64,000 nt of DNA from Planctomycetota bacterium. GTDB lineage: Bacteria; Planctomycetota; B15-G4. Positions 38,026 through 49,374 of this stretch are shown one piece after another; the first letter of the stretch is position 1, and each line of letters starts with the position of its first letter. The notes below the pieces were generated by a model. The model was not told where the DNA came from and did no database searches. It saw nothing but the letters and a program-made list of their open reading frames with translations. The DNA lies in assembly GCA_965248575.1 (NCBI GenBank), contig CBDFJQ010000002.1, forward strand, positions 832,001 to 896,000, in the 5' to 3' direction. The translations under genes were made by a program, and so were the position numbers.

Positions 38026-38507
38026 CCCAACTGCGCATCGTGACCACCGTCTGCACGGGCAACTTGTGTCGTTCGCCATTGGCTGAAGCCCTGCTGCGGA
38101 AGCACCTCGACAGGCTGGGCGTCGTGGACGTGATGGTCCAGAGCGCGGGCCTGGGCGCGACAGATGGGCAGCGCGCCATCGAGGCGAGCCGGCGAGCCGG
38201 CGCGGCACTGGGCGCGGAGCTCAACGCTCACCGGGCACAGGTGCTGGAGCGCCGGATCATCGACGAGAGCGAACTCGTCCTGTGCGCTTCGAGCGAGCAC
38301 ATCGAACAGATCCGACGGCGCTGGCCCGACATCAGCACCGAGAAGTTGAAACTCTTCGCCCAGATGCTGGAGGGGGAAGCGCCGGTCGACATCGAGGACC
38401 CCATCGGATTCGACGAGGCGATGTTCCACCTCATCGCGCGCGTGATCGACGGGGCCATGGAAGGCTGGGCTCGATCCCTCGTGCGGAATCCTTGGCTCGA
38501 TTCCTGA
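38022..38507 (+). CDS. Low-molecular-weight protein tyrosine phosphatase
   Basis: CTGNLCRS P-loop, SAG, DIEDP. Confidence 0.9.
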   Translation: MTQLRIVTTVCTGNLCRSPLAEALLRKHLDRLGVVDVMVQSAGLGATDGQRAIEASRRAGAALGAELNAHRAQVLERRIIDESELVLCASSEHIEQIRRRWPDISTEKLKLFAQMLEGEAPVDIEDPIGFDEAMFHLIARVIDGAMEGWARSLVRNPWLDS

Positions 38508-38541
38508 CGCGCTCACCTGGGCTCAAAATGGGCTCAAGTGT

Positions 38542-39564
38542 TCAAAGCCCTCCGTCCTCGGTGTGTACCAGGAAGAGGCACTCAGTGTTGCGTGTCCGTC
38601 CCACGGTGCCGACCTTCTTTCCATTGGGGTTGTGGATGCCGATGCGGGCGCCCACGTAGCGTGGATGTTCGATGTCGACGCGCTCCACGTGTCCTCGGGC
38701 GCTCAGGATGTCTTGGACGTCTCGGGTCGTGAGGGCGCCCTCGTCGTTGAAGGACATGAGGATCCAGCGCGCATCGACAACGGACACCAGCTCTTCCAGG
38801 GCACCTCGGATCTGACGCACGCTGTTCCACGGACTCTTGCGGGTCTTGCAGTCGATGCGCTTGTTGGCGATCCCATAGCCCTCCGGCTCATCCGCCAGAA
38901 GCAGGCTTTCCCAGACGTGATAGTTGCCGAGGTAGCTGTGCTGGTTGTAGGGCGGGTCCAGGTAGGCGAGATCGACTCGGCCTAGGTCCCGTGCGCAGTC
39001 AGCGGCGTCTTTGCGAGAGACGCTGCCCGGGCCGTCGATGAGTTCGGGAAGCTCCAGCTGCATGGGCTTGAGGGCGCGCGGCGCCCACTGCTTGAGGTAG
39101 GCCATCTGGACCCCGGTGGTCGAGTCCACCCGGTCGGCCGCCAACAAGAGCGATGCGAGCAACAGGCAGTGCAGGGGCTCATGCGGGAACTCAGCGTCGA
39201 TGCGTTTGCGGATGGCATCGATGCGCGCGCCATTGTCGGGGTGGATGTAGCGTGCCTGTTCGCAGAACGCGCGGGTGAAGTAGCCCGGCTCAGGGGGCGT
39301 GGCGTTGAGGTCCCGCAACACGGCTGTCAGTTCGAGCACGTTGACCTCGCGTGCATCGGTGGCGATGGCCGCTCGCCCCAGGACTTCGCCGTGCGCCAGG
39401 ACGTCGTTGGCGTGCACCCGGAGCCCGCGGCGCTTCAGCATGCGCGCGACGCGCGTGGTGCCCGTGAAGAGGTCAGCGGCCGTGCGAACGCCCTCCAAGC
39501 CTTCCACAAGCGCCTCGATATGAGGCAGCAGCAGTCGCTTGGAGCCGATGTACTTGATGGTCAC
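38542..39564 (-). CDS. DNA adenine methyltransferase (D12/FokI-like), apparently orphan
   Basis: IKYIGSK, DLFTGT motif I, YLDPPYN motif IV. Confidence 0.88.
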   Translation of the reverse strand: MTIKYIGSKRLLLPHIEALVEGLEGVRTAADLFTGTTRVARMLKRRGLRVHANDVLAHGEVLGRAAIATDAREVNVLELTAVLRDLNATPPEPGYFTRAFCEQARYIHPDNGARIDAIRKRIDAEFPHEPLHCLLLASLLLAADRVDSTTGVQMAYLKQWAPRALKPMQLELPELIDGPGSVSRKDAADCARDLGRVDLAYLDPPYNQHSYLGNYHVWESLLLADEPEGYGIANKRIDCKTRKSPWNSVRQIRGALEELVSVVDARWILMSFNDEGALTTRDVQDILSARGHVERVDIEHPRYVGARIGIHNPNGKKVGTVGRTRNTECLFLVHTEDGGL

Positions 39565-39715
39565 GGTGGTCGGCTGGGCTCTTGGCTGCAAGGAGGGCGA
39601 CGCTGCGGTTTGACGGAGGGCCTTCTACGCCGAGCGTGTGGTGGGCACGCGCTGAGGATACAAAGGGCGCCCCCTCAACGCGCCCAGACCGTCTTCGGAC
39701 TGCACCAGACCGCCC

Positions 39716-40630
39716 ATGACCCCAGCCACGCGCCGCATGCTGATCGGGGTCCAGTTGTGCTTTGGTGTCTTTCCATGGCTGGGCAAGCTTGCCATGGAGG
39801 GTTTCGAACCCCGGGCCGTGATGGTCTGGCGGCTGTTCGTGGGCGCCGCAGTGCTGATGATCGTGGCCTTGCGCGTTTACGGCCGTGCCGCCCTTCCGGG
39901 TCGCAGCGACCTGGCCCGTCTGTTCGGTCTCAGCCTGCTGGGTGTGACCATCAATCAGTCGCTCTTCCTGGAGGGGCTCTCACGCTCCACGGCCGTCAAT
40001 GCGGGCTTGCTCATGACGGTGATTCCGGTCGCGACGGTGGGTCTGGCGGCGCTCCTGAAGCAAGAGCACCCCACCCGTCGCCAGCTGCTCGGAATCGCGC
40101 TCTCGGTCAGCGGTGTGGCCTGGCTGTTCTTCCAGCAGGGGGCGCAGTTGGGCGCTGACACCCTGTGGGGCGACATCCTGATGACGGCCAACGCCCTCAG
40201 CTACTCCGCCTACCTCGTCTTCGCACGGCCCGTGGCGAGCCGCCTTCCACAACCGGTGGTCATCGCCTGGGTCTTCGTGTTTGGAGCGCTCACGGTTCCC
40301 TTCCTGGCCTGGGACGTGGCCTGGTTGCCCAGCGGCATCGAGCAGCCCCAGTGGCTCGCCCTGGGCGGGGTGCTCGTCTTCCCAACCATCCTGGCGTACC
40401 TGGGGAACATCGTCGTGCTCGGACGGGTGGGTGCCAATGTGACCGCTGCCTACGTGATGCTGCAGCCCGTCCTCGCCGCGCTGCTCGGCATCGGGCTGAT
40501 GGGGGAGCGCCCCAGCCCCAGCCTGCTGCTTACGGCGGTCGGGGTGTTGTCCGGGCTGTGGTTCGTGTCGACGCCAGGAAAGGGGGCGGGAAAGCCAGCG
40601 GCCCGCGAGCTGGCTCAGCGACCCAGGTAG
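39716..40630 (+). CDS. DMT/EamA family transporter
   Basis: About 10 hydrophobic segments in two EamA-like halves. Confidence 0.85.
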   Translation: MTPATRRMLIGVQLCFGVFPWLGKLAMEGFEPRAVMVWRLFVGAAVLMIVALRVYGRAALPGRSDLARLFGLSLLGVTINQSLFLEGLSRSTAVNAGLLMTVIPVATVGLAALLKQEHPTRRQLLGIALSVSGVAWLFFQQGAQLGADTLWGDILMTANALSYSAYLVFARPVASRLPQPVVIAWVFVFGALTVPFLAWDVAWLPSGIEQPQWLALGGVLVFPTILAYLGNIVVLGRVGANVTAAYVMLQPVLAALLGIGLMGERPSPSLLLTAVGVLSGLWFVSTPGKGAGKPAARELAQRPR

Positions 40631-42030
40631 CCCAGCTGGCGCATGCGTTCGCGGGTGGCCTCGTCCAACTCACCCTCGCCCGCCTGAGGCTTCAGACCCT
40701 GCGCCCGCAGCCTCTGGAGCGCCTGCATGAGCTGGGAGAGTTGCTCCCCCTCGAGCGCCTGGATGCGTTGCTCCGCAGGATCCTCCTGGAGCCGGTAGCT
40801 CTGCGGCCCGTCGGGCCCTTCGACGTCCCAGGGCAGGATCAGTTTCTCGCCCATGGATGTGCGCACCGCGCTGAACTGGTTCGTGTTCGAGACGACCCAG
40901 CGGCGCCCCACGGGAGTGCCACCGCGGGCAGCCGCCAACATGTCCGGTAACAGGCTGCGTCCATCCAAGGCAGCTCCGGAAGAGGGCAGCGGAGGCAGCT
41001 GCAGCAGGTCGAGCAGCGTCGGCACGATGTCGACGTTCTCGGTGGGCCCGTGCAACACGACTCCCTCGGGCACGCCCGGGCCGCTGAAGATCAGTGGCAC
41101 CCGGGTGAGCTCTTCATAGAGCAAGGTGTTGTGGGTGCGCTTGAAGGCCGTGAGCAGATCGCCTCGCCGGGAATCGTCCACGTCGAAGGCCAACTGGGCG
41201 ACGGGGTGCTGCCAAAGGCCTTCGCCATGGTCAGCGGCCACCACCAGCAAGGCGTTCTTCAGACGCCCCGCGCGGTGCAAGGCGCCCAGCACGTAGTCCA
41301 CCTTGGCGTCGGCCTGCAGGATGTCGCCGTCGTAGAGCGCGATCTGGCGCGAGATCTCGCGCGCTGCCTGCTCCACCAGCAGATCGATTTCGAGCGCGGG
41401 GCGACTTGGGTCGCGCTGGTGGAGATAGGCGCCGTAGGTCTCGCGCAGCTCGGGCGAGAGCGGCTCCGACTCGAACACGTCGAAGGCAGGCACCGGCTCC
41501 CAGGGGTCGTGCGGCCCGACGAAGTGGAAGTAGGCGAACAGCGGCCGGGGGTCGTCATTGTTCAGGACCGGCAGGATCAGCTGCGGCCCGGGCTCCATCT
41601 CGTAGACGTCGAAGCCCCGGTCATAGCCCGTGCCGGGCGCGAGCAGGATGTTGTCCTGGAAACCTGCGGTACGCCATCCGTTGGCCTGGAGGTGCTCGGC
41701 CAGGGTCGTGGCGGGGGGCATGCGCACGAAGTCCTCGGCGACATGTCGCGCCAGGAACATCGAGACCATGGAGGGGCCCGTCCACGACGACTGAGCCGTG
41801 ACGTCGTGCACGCGGGTGCCTCTCGCCGCCAAGGCGTCGAGGGTGGGTGTCGTCGGACGGTGGTAGCCGTAGCTCGACACGTGGTCTGCCCGGAGGGTGT
41901 CGAGCACGATCAGGATCACGTCGCGCTGGATGGGTTCGCGCGCCGGCTCTGGATCGGGTCCGCACGCGCTGCCCGTGCACAGGACCATGGCCGACAGGAA
42001 CATGCGGAAGTGGGGAGTCATGGCACCCAC
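40615..42030 (-). CDS. Sulfatase-like (alkaline phosphatase superfamily) lipoprotein
   Basis: LDTLRADH, SSWTGPS, PHDP, ADHGE, C-terminal LGYL. Confidence 0.85.
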   Translation of the reverse strand: MGAMTPHFRMFLSAMVLCTGSACGPDPEPAREPIQRDVILIVLDTLRADHVSSYGYHRPTTPTLDALAARGTRVHDVTAQSSWTGPSMVSMFLARHVAEDFVRMPPATTLAEHLQANGWRTAGFQDNILLAPGTGYDRGFDVYEMEPGPQLILPVLNNDDPRPLFAYFHFVGPHDPWEPVPAFDVFESEPLSPELRETYGAYLHQRDPSRPALEIDLLVEQAAREISRQIALYDGDILQADAKVDYVLGALHRAGRLKNALLVVAADHGEGLWQHPVAQLAFDVDDSRRGDLLTAFKRTHNTLLYEELTRVPLIFSGPGVPEGVVLHGPTENVDIVPTLLDLLQLPPLPSSGAALDGRSLLPDMLAAARGGTPVGRRWVVSNTNQFSAVRTSMGEKLILPWDVEGPDGPQSYRLQEDPAEQRIQALEGEQLSQLMQALQRLRAQGLKPQAGEGELDEATRERMRQLGYLGR

Positions 42031-42033
42031 ACG

Positions 42034-43440
42034 TCAGAGCGGGCCGAGCATCTTCGAGGGATCCACCCAGAGGTCGAACTCCTCGCTGGTCAGGTACTCG
42101 AGTTGCAGCGCGGCTTCCTTGAGGGTCGTCCCTTCGGCCCAGGCCGTCTTCGCGATCTTGGCGGCCTTGTCGTAGCCGATGTGCGTGTTGAGCGCGGTGA
42201 CCAGCATCAAGGAGTTGCCCAGGTGTTGGGCGATGCGGTCGTGGTCGGGCTCGATGCCCCGGGCACAGCTGCGCTCGAACGCGCGGCAGCTGTCGGACAG
42301 CAGGCGAAGGCTCTGCAGCACGTTGTGGATCATCACGGGCTTGTAGACGTTGAGCTCGAAGTTCCCCTGGCTCCCAGCGAAGGCAACGGCTGCATCGTTG
42401 CCGAACACCTGCACCGCCACCATGGTCATGGATTCACTCTGCGTCGGGTTGACCTTGCCCGGCATGATCGAGCTGCCCGGCTCGTTGGCAGGGATCGTGA
42501 TCTCACCCAGGCCGCAGCGCGGGCCGCTGGCCAACCAGCGCACATCGTTGGCGATCTTCATGAGCGCCATGGCCAGGCCGCGCAGGCTCGCGCTGAGCGC
42601 CACCAGGCCATCGTGGGCAGCGAGGGATTCAAACTTGTTGGCGGCGCTGGTGAAGCGCAGGCCCGTGAGGCTGCTGATGCGCGCTGCCACGAGTTCCGCG
42701 TAGTCAGGGTGGGTGTTGAGGCCCGTCCCCACGGCCGTTCCGCCGATGGCGAGCTCGCAAACGTGCGGCAGCGCATCCTCGATGTGACCCAGGGCGTGGT
42801 CGAGCTGACTGACCCAGCCCGAGATCTCCTGCCCCAAGGTCAGCGGCGTAGCGTCCATGAGATGCGTCCGGCCGATCTTGACCACCTCGCGATAGGCCTG
42901 GCTCTTCTTCGCCAAGGTGTCACGCAGTGCCGACACGGCCGGGATCAGGGAGGCATGTGCCTCGCTGGCCGCCGCAATCGACATGGCCGTAGGGAAGGTG
43001 TCATTGCTGGACTGGCTCTTGTTGACGTCATCGTTTGGGTGCACCGGGCTCTTGCTGCCCATGACGCCGCCCGACATCTCGATCGCCCGGTTCGAGATGA
43101 CCTCGTTGCTGTTCATGTTGGTCTGGGTGCCCGAGCCCGTCTGGTAGACAACCAGCGGAAAGTGGTCATCGAGCTTGCCGTCGATCACCTCTTGGGCTGC
43201 CCGTTCGATGAGGGCGACCTTCTCTGCGTCGAGCAGCTCCAGTTCGCCATTCACCGTGGCAGCTGCCTGCTTGAGCAGGCCGAGGGCACGGATCATGGGG
43301 CGCGTGAAGCGCGCCTCACCGACGTCGAAGTTCTGGATGGATCGCTGGGTCTGGGCGCCCCAGTAGCTATTCGTCGCGACGGGCACTTCGCCCAGGCTGT
43401 CGGTTTCAACACGTGTGGACTGCGATGCGCTGGAAGTCAT
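42034..43440 (-). CDS. fumC: Fumarate hydratase class II
   Basis: [34 protein letters not shown]. Confidence 0.97.
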   Translation of the reverse strand: MTSSASQSTRVETDSLGEVPVATNSYWGAQTQRSIQNFDVGEARFTRPMIRALGLLKQAAATVNGELELLDAEKVALIERAAQEVIDGKLDDHFPLVVYQTGSGTQTNMNSNEVISNRAIEMSGGVMGSKSPVHPNDDVNKSQSSNDTFPTAMSIAAASEAHASLIPAVSALRDTLAKKSQAYREVVKIGRTHLMDATPLTLGQEISGWVSQLDHALGHIEDALPHVCELAIGGTAVGTGLNTHPDYAELVAARISSLTGLRFTSAANKFESLAAHDGLVALSASLRGLAMALMKIANDVRWLASGPRCGLGEITIPANEPGSSIMPGKVNPTQSESMTMVAVQVFGNDAAVAFAGSQGNFELNVYKPVMIHNVLQSLRLLSDSCRAFERSCARGIEPDHDRIAQHLGNSLMLVTALNTHIGYDKAAKIAKTAWAEGTTLKEAALQLEYLTSEEFDLWVDPSKMLGPL

Positions 43441-43481
43441 AGCCGCGATTGGACCACGCCGACGCCGGGTCATTCCACGGG

Positions 43482-45968
43482 TCAGTGTCCGTCCGGGTCC
43501 TGGGCATCCTCGGCACCGCTGACGTACCCGAGCTGGCGCATCATGGCCAAGGTGTCGGAATCCCCGCTGACCCGGACGCCCTGTTCAGCGGCACGAGTGC
43601 GCCGATCCCAGGCCCTGAGAGTGCGTAGAAGGGACTGAAGCTGGGTCGCCGAAGCTCCGCCCTGCGCGAGGTCCTCGTGTTCGTTCGGATCCGAGGAGCG
43701 GTCGTAGAGTTCCGTGCGCTTCGTCGACGGCGTGTGGATCAGCTTGAAGGGGCCCGAGGTGATCGACAGCTTCTGGACCCATTCCTTCACGCCGGGCTCG
43801 TGGCCGTGCCAGGTCTGGCCGAACACCGGGTGGGCCGCTGCCTCGGGGCTCAGGGAACCCATGGGGACTTCCTGCTTGGGCGTGGGGAGGCCCACCAACT
43901 CGCAGAGCGCCGAGTACAGATCCTGGTTGGATGCAGGGCGTTCGATGCGCGCCGGGCTCAGGGCTGCCTGTCCGTAACCCGTCACCCACAAGGGCACACC
44001 CAGGGTCTCCCGATAGAGGTGGCCACCGTGGCTGAAGAAATCGTGCTCGTAGAACTCCTCACCGTGGTCGGAGGTGAAGGCGATCAGGCAGTTTTCGAGA
44101 ATGCCGCGCGACTCAAGGGAGTCGAGGAGCTCGCCGAAAGCATGGTCGAAGTAGCGCAGCTCGGAGTCGTACTGACTCAGGAGCAAGCTGCGGTACTCCT
44201 CGACCAAGGCCGGGTCGAGCGGGCTGCCCGAATCGTACTGGGCTTGGGCGATGGGCTTCAGGACCTCTTCTGGGCGAACGCCCTCTGGCGGGTCCAGCAG
44301 CCAACCGGGCGGCGGCAGGTAGGGGGTGTGCGGATCGAAGTAATGGATGTACCCGAAGCGCGCCAGGCCTTCGGTGTCGTCGAGCCAGCTCGACACGCGA
44401 TCGTTCAGGGCGCGGGCGGAGGCGTACGGGGTGTGGGAGAACGTCTCGAAGCCCTGGTGGAAGTTGTCCGCCCGCCCGATCAGCAGGTTGGAGGTGAATC
44501 CACCGGTGGTGTAGCCCGCCCGCCCGAAGACCTCCGGCAGGGTCTCGAGGGCATCCACGAGGTAGCTGCGGTCGCTGTCATGCACGCCGTGAACATTGGG
44601 CGGTAGACCTGTGAGCACGGACGCCGTCGACGGCCACGTCCAGGAGGAGGATGCCTGTGCGTTCAGATAGAGGAGGCCCTGATCAGCCATGGCGTCCAGG
44701 TTGGGGCTGATCTGCCCGGAATGCCCGTAGGCACCCAGTCGATCCGCGCGCAGGGTGTCCACGAGCACGAGCAGGACCGTCGGGGCATCCTGCCGAAGCA
44801 GGCGCGGCACCTGGTCACGCCGCAGCAGCGCGGCGTTGCTCCAGCCGCCGACATCGTTGTCCGTCGTGCCGAGTGCCTCGGTCACCAGCTCCAAGCGGAC
44901 CGCTTTCCCCACCCAAGGGCCCAGGTCGATCTCGGCGGCCTTCCAGCCACGGTGCGCGATCACCTGAGGGGCCTCGAGGGTGAGCGACCAGACGCGTTCG
45001 CCATCGATCTCCACGGCGAAGCGCATGCCATCGCCGGGGCGCTTCCAGCCCAGTTGGGTGTCCATGCCGACGGAGAACTCGAGCGTGGCCCCAGCGGGAG
45101 GGGCCAGTTCGTAGGCAATACGCGAAGGAGTAGCCGCGCGAATGGACGTGCGGCGCCCTCCTGCTGCCGAGAAGCCCTTGGCTGCATCGAGGAAAGCCAG
45201 CTCAACGGGGTGGGTCTCCGACTGCTGCAGCACCTGGGCTTCCGAGAGGCTGGCGACCAGGTCCTGTGAGACGGTAGCGACGGCGACCTGATGCTCCTCC
45301 GGCGTGCGCAGCCGGCCGGGTGAACGCAGCTTCGGAGAGAGGAAGCCCGGCCAGTTGAGCGCCAGGCCCTGGCCGCCCGCTCGGCGAGTCGTGAAGCGCA
45401 GGGACCAGGTGGCGGCGTCGGTACCCGGCAGCTCGACCGAACGGTCCACTGCAAGCCGGCCCTCGGGCAGCAGGGCCGGGTCGAGAATCTCGTTGAACAC
45501 CTCCACCCAGGCGGCGGGCTGCTGGTCCTGAGCGCGGCGCGCCTCGATCCGGAAACGCACGGGGTCCGGGCCCGCTGGGTGCTCGGGCCATGCGACTCCC
45601 GCGCCAAACTCCAGCACGGCCTGACCGTCGGTGTGAAGCTGGTGGAAGCCCAGGCTCGTTCCGGTGGGGACCCGCAGGCAGGCCACCCCGTCACGATTGT
45701 CCGCCTCATGAATGAGGCCGAAGCGCTGGGTGGCATAGGGCGAGGTGGGCGAGGCCTCCGCCGACGCGATCAAGGAGACCAGGTCGTGCACGCGGTCGGT
45801 GAGCAAATCCGGGCGGGGTCCCCTGGTCGGACGAGGGGCGCGGCTCGTCTCGGCCCCTCCCGTGAGCCAGACCGCGCTGGCCGCCGCAATCAGCGCGAGC
45901 GCCAGCAGCGTTGGGCCCCTCACGCGGCGTGCGGCCCCCGAAGACCCGTCGTGTCCCTCCGCGTTCAC
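43482..45968 (-). CDS. Sulfatase-like protein with N-terminal beta-sandwich modules
   Basis: N-terminal [30 protein letters not shown]. Confidence 0.85.
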   Translation of the reverse strand: MNAEGHDGSSGAARRVRGPTLLALALIAAASAVWLTGGAETSRAPRPTRGPRPDLLTDRVHDLVSLIASAEASPTSPYATQRFGLIHEADNRDGVACLRVPTGTSLGFHQLHTDGQAVLEFGAGVAWPEHPAGPDPVRFRIEARRAQDQQPAAWVEVFNEILDPALLPEGRLAVDRSVELPGTDAATWSLRFTTRRAGGQGLALNWPGFLSPKLRSPGRLRTPEEHQVAVATVSQDLVASLSEAQVLQQSETHPVELAFLDAAKGFSAAGGRRTSIRAATPSRIAYELAPPAGATLEFSVGMDTQLGWKRPGDGMRFAVEIDGERVWSLTLEAPQVIAHRGWKAAEIDLGPWVGKAVRLELVTEALGTTDNDVGGWSNAALLRRDQVPRLLRQDAPTVLLVLVDTLRADRLGAYGHSGQISPNLDAMADQGLLYLNAQASSSWTWPSTASVLTGLPPNVHGVHDSDRSYLVDALETLPEVFGRAGYTTGGFTSNLLIGRADNFHQGFETFSHTPYASARALNDRVSSWLDDTEGLARFGYIHYFDPHTPYLPPPGWLLDPPEGVRPEEVLKPIAQAQYDSGSPLDPALVEEYRSLLLSQYDSELRYFDHAFGELLDSLESRGILENCLIAFTSDHGEEFYEHDFFSHGGHLYRETLGVPLWVTGYGQAALSPARIERPASNQDLYSALCELVGLPTPKQEVPMGSLSPEAAAHPVFGQTWHGHEPGVKEWVQKLSITSGPFKLIHTPSTKRTELYDRSSDPNEHEDLAQGGASATQLQSLLRTLRAWDRRTRAAEQGVRVSGDSDTLAMMRQLGYVSGAEDAQDPDGH

Positions 45969-48256
45969 CCGAGTTCCAGTTGGCGTGCCGCATCCACTTC
46001 GCTGCGGTTGAGCAGGTCGCGCGATCGATCGAGCAACTTGATCAGGGGGTGCTGGCGAGGGAGGGCGTGGCGGAGCTGCCGGAGCAGCTGCACGGTCAAG
46101 CGCATGATGCGCACGAGGTCACCGTTGGGTGAGGTCGTGTGCTCGCGGATGTCGTCGAAGCTGGCCCCCTGACACCAAGCATCCACGACGATGCCGATCT
46201 TGAAGTTAGGCGGGCGGATCGTCGGCGGGATGCCCAGGTCACGTTCAGCGAGCTGCAGCCGACCCACGACCCGCTCGATATCCTTGCGGTGCTTGCCCAT
46301 GACGCCCTGGCGCATGCGCCGGAAGAGGTCGTTCTTGCGCTCCTCGAACACGAGCGAGGCGAAGACGATGGCGAGCTGGATCTCGCTCAACCACTCCAGC
46401 ACGCCTGACTCCAGCAACTCGACGATCTGCAACTCGTAGCCGCTGATCACGGAGGCCACGCGGCCCTTCTCGGTGACACCTGTGTCGGTGATGTAGTCGA
46501 GGTCGCGCAGGAGCTGCATGCGCTTGTCGATGGCCTGACGCTGCTTCTCTTCGTTCTTGGTGCGCTTCTTGTTGCTCATGCGCGACCACTGGTAGTTGTT
46601 GAAGGAACGCTCCCAAGCTTCGTGCAGGCGGTCGCCCAGCGTTCTGTGCAAATTGATCAGGGTCGAGTACGAGAGGTTGAAGCGCGAGATCACGGGCTCC
46701 ACATCGTTGCTGATCATGTGCTCGATGTCGGCCGGTTGGATGCGGTGGTCGTCGACGATGGACACGACGATGCCCTGGTCGTCGATGCCCTGGCGCCCGG
46801 CGCGGCCGGCCATCTGCTGGTACTCCCGGACCTTGAGTGGCCCGAAGCCCACTCCGTCGAACTTGCGCAGGGACGCGAAGACCACGCTCCGGGCAGGCAT
46901 GTTGATGCCCAGGGAGAAAGTCTCGGTCGCGAAGAGGACACGCAGCAAGCCGCTGGTGAAGAGGCGCTCCACGAGTTCCTTGTGCAGCGGCAGCATCCCG
47001 GCGTGGTGATGGGCGATGCCTTTGAGGATCAGGCTCTGCAACTCGGCCAGCTCAGCGCCGGCTTCGATCTCGAAGGTTTCGCAGACCTTGTCGAAGAGCT
47101 GCTCGATCTTGGTGCTTTCGTCGGGCTGCAGGAGGTTGCGATGCTGCGCCGTCTCCCGGGCGCGCCGTTCGCAGTCCTTGCGCGAGAAACAGAAGAAGAG
47201 GATGGGCAGGTTCTTGGCCCGGCTCAGCACGTCCACGATCTCGTTGCGATCCTTCGGCCGCTTGCCGGTGTTCCGACGGCCAATCTGCTCGTAGCCCTTG
47301 GGGAACTTCACCTTGCCGGAGATACGCCGCAGACCACCGCCGGGAAAGAACAGGTAGTGGTCGAGGGGGACAGGGCGCTCGGTGTGGCGAATGACGGAGA
47401 CGTCCTGCTCCCGGGCTGCGGAGATCCAGTCGCCGTATTGCGTCAGGTTGGAGATGGTGGCGGAGAGGCACACGAAGCGGATGTGCTTCGGCGCGAAGAT
47501 GATGCTCTCCTCCCAGACGGTTCCCCGGCCTGGGTCATCCATGTAGTGGATCTCATCGAAGACCACGGTGTCGACGTCGTCCAGGCTCGCCGGGTTCTCG
47601 AAGATGGTGTTGCGGAAGATCTCCGTGGTCATGATCAACACCGGCGCTGACGGGTTGATGGTGACGTCGCCCGTCATCAGGCCCACGCCCTCGGGATCGA
47701 TGGCCTTGAAGTCCCTGTATTTCTGGTTCGAGAGGGCCTTGATGGGGGCGGTGTAGATGGCCCGCTTACCCTGGGACAGGCTCATGTCGATGGCCATCTC
47801 GGCCACCAGGGTCTTGCCGGCGCCGGTGGGGGCGGCGAGCAGCACGGGCCGCCCTTCTCGCAGGGGGCCCAGCGCCTTCATCTGGAAGTCGTTGAGCGTC
47901 AGGCCGCGAAACATCTCTGGGGTCAGGCCGGACGGGGTGGACTCAGCCTGCTCGCCCTGATCCCGGCCGGCCGCCCCGAGCTCCTGGGAGTCATCGGGCC
48001 GAGCTGGAGAGTTGACCACCACCGGCGATGAACGCCGCCCACCTCGACCTGATCCACCAGCCTTGGAGCGCGCCGAAGCCTTGTCGCCCTTCTTGGACCT
48101 GCCTTGGGCGCTCTTTTTGCCACCCTTTTTTGAGGCCCGGGCAGAGCTCTTCTTGGCCGCCTTCTTCGAACCTGGCGCGGGAGAACTGCCGCTGGAGCGG
48201 CCCGCGGACCCGGAGGCGCCGCGTGAGTCAGGTGAGTTGGGAGAGCGGGGCGTCAC
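45965..48256 (-). CDS. Ski2/HelY-like DEAD/DEAH-box RNA helicase
   Basis: APTGAGKT, PIKALSNQK, DEIH, LSAT, QMAGRAGR, DSHCT-like C-terminus; start uncertain. Confidence 0.9.
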   Translation of the reverse strand: MTPRSPNSPDSRGASGSAGRSSGSSPAPGSKKAAKKSSARASKKGGKKSAQGRSKKGDKASARSKAGGSGRGGRRSSPVVVNSPARPDDSQELGAAGRDQGEQAESTPSGLTPEMFRGLTLNDFQMKALGPLREGRPVLLAAPTGAGKTLVAEMAIDMSLSQGKRAIYTAPIKALSNQKYRDFKAIDPEGVGLMTGDVTINPSAPVLIMTTEIFRNTIFENPASLDDVDTVVFDEIHYMDDPGRGTVWEESIIFAPKHIRFVCLSATISNLTQYGDWISAAREQDVSVIRHTERPVPLDHYLFFPGGGLRRISGKVKFPKGYEQIGRRNTGKRPKDRNEIVDVLSRAKNLPILFFCFSRKDCERRARETAQHRNLLQPDESTKIEQLFDKVCETFEIEAGAELAELQSLILKGIAHHHAGMLPLHKELVERLFTSGLLRVLFATETFSLGINMPARSVVFASLRKFDGVGFGPLKVREYQQMAGRAGRQGIDDQGIVVSIVDDHRIQPADIEHMISNDVEPVISRFNLSYSTLINLHRTLGDRLHEAWERSFNNYQWSRMSNKKRTKNEEKQRQAIDKRMQLLRDLDYITDTGVTEKGRVASVISGYELQIVELLESGVLEWLSEIQLAIVFASLVFEERKNDLFRRMRQGVMGKHRKDIERVVGRLQLAERDLGIPPTIRPPNFKIGIVVDAWCQGASFDDIREHTTSPNGDLVRIMRLTVQLLRQLRHALPRQHPLIKLLDRSRDLLNRSEVDAARQLELG

Positions 48257-48331
48257 GGGGCATCGAACTGGGGGGGAGGGCTTGGCAGAATAGCGGTTCG
48301 CTCCGAGCCTCCCGATTCTATTCTTCAAGCC

Positions 48332-49171
48332 ATGACCGCATCTGCTGACGACGACGCCGGGGCCATCGACCGCTGGGGGGCCCCCGTGCTCTCTGCCTTG
48401 GTCTTCCTGGCGGTGGCTGGTCTGCTCTTTGTGGCCCGGGATTCCGCGCGGGCCAGTCCACGATTCGAAGTGGATCCTGGGCACGTGGCGGTCCTGGAGC
48501 GTCCCGAGTGGTTGCCGGCAGATCTGGCGACGGAACTCGGGTTGCAGCTCGGGATCTCGCTCGGGGGGCCAGCCTCCCTGCTAGGGGATGAGGACTTGAC
48601 CCGCTGGCGAGGCGATCTCATGGATGCCAGCGATTGGGTGGAGTCGGTGGAGCGCCTGGAGGCCCGTTTTCCTGGGCAGGCCGAGGTGCGGCTGCGCCTG
48701 CGGCGACCGGTGCTCGAGTTGTCGGGACAGGTCCTGCTCTCGGCTGACGGCCACACCCTGGGGACCGGATACATCGACACGGAGCCGCGCCTGCTGCGCT
48801 TCGAGGGTGCCGGAAACGCCGAAGAAGTGCGGGAATGCGCGGCCTCGGCCGCTGACATCCTGCCCTACCGATTCGAGTTGGAGGACGAGGGGATCACCCT
48901 CGATAGGGTGTTGCTGGGGGTCGGTGGGCGAGTCCGCTTCCTCACCACCGTCGGCGTGGAGATCGAATGGGGGCGCTCCACCACCCGGTCTGAGTTCGCC
49001 GCGGTGGATTTGCCCCCTGCAGCCCGGGTTGAACACCTGCTGACCGCCCTTGAGCGACGGCCTGGTCTGCATGGCGTGGCCCGGGTGGTGGTCTGGAAGG
49101 ATCAGCCTGAAATCGTGCTGGTTTCGCCCACTCTCCCGGTGGGTGCCGCAAGGGCTGCTGGAGGCGGTTGA
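48332..49171 (+). CDS. Membrane-anchored hypothetical protein, FtsQ/POTRA-like
   Basis: Single N-terminal TM; WVESVERLEARFPGQAEVRLRLRRPV resembles a POTRA end. Confidence 0.5.
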   Translation: MTASADDDAGAIDRWGAPVLSALVFLAVAGLLFVARDSARASPRFEVDPGHVAVLERPEWLPADLATELGLQLGISLGGPASLLGDEDLTRWRGDLMDASDWVESVERLEARFPGQAEVRLRLRRPVLELSGQVLLSADGHTLGTGYIDTEPRLLRFEGAGNAEEVRECAASAADILPYRFELEDEGITLDRVLLGVGGRVRFLTTVGVEIEWGRSTTRSEFAAVDLPPAARVEHLLTALERRPGLHGVARVVVWKDQPEIVLVSPTLPVGAARAAGGG

Positions 49172-49195
49172 TCGGCAGGCGGCCTTTGCTATGCT
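49168..49195 (+). promoter_or_regulatory. Candidate sigma70 promoter for rplM-rpsI
   Basis: TTGATC-N16-TATGCT with extended -10 TG. Confidence 0.55.
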
Positions 49196-49374
49196 GCGCC
49201 GTTCGAAATCCGGTCAGAAAGCCAAGATCCCAGGCCAGCCCGGAATCGGCCCGGGTTCGCCCCGGAATCGATGAAGCACGGCAGCAGGCAGGATCGTCCT
49301 CACCGAAACAGACCCAGACAGAGCGCCCGTGCAGACTGTGCGTCGCTCACGCGTTGGACCGAGACCTCATTCAA

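Noticed and set aside
41050..43638. 862-aa plus-strand ORF and similar long antisense ORFs (e.g. 10071-11981, 26461-27723)
   Set aside because: Antisense shadows of well-supported genes, expected in high-GC DNA; no recognisable motifs.
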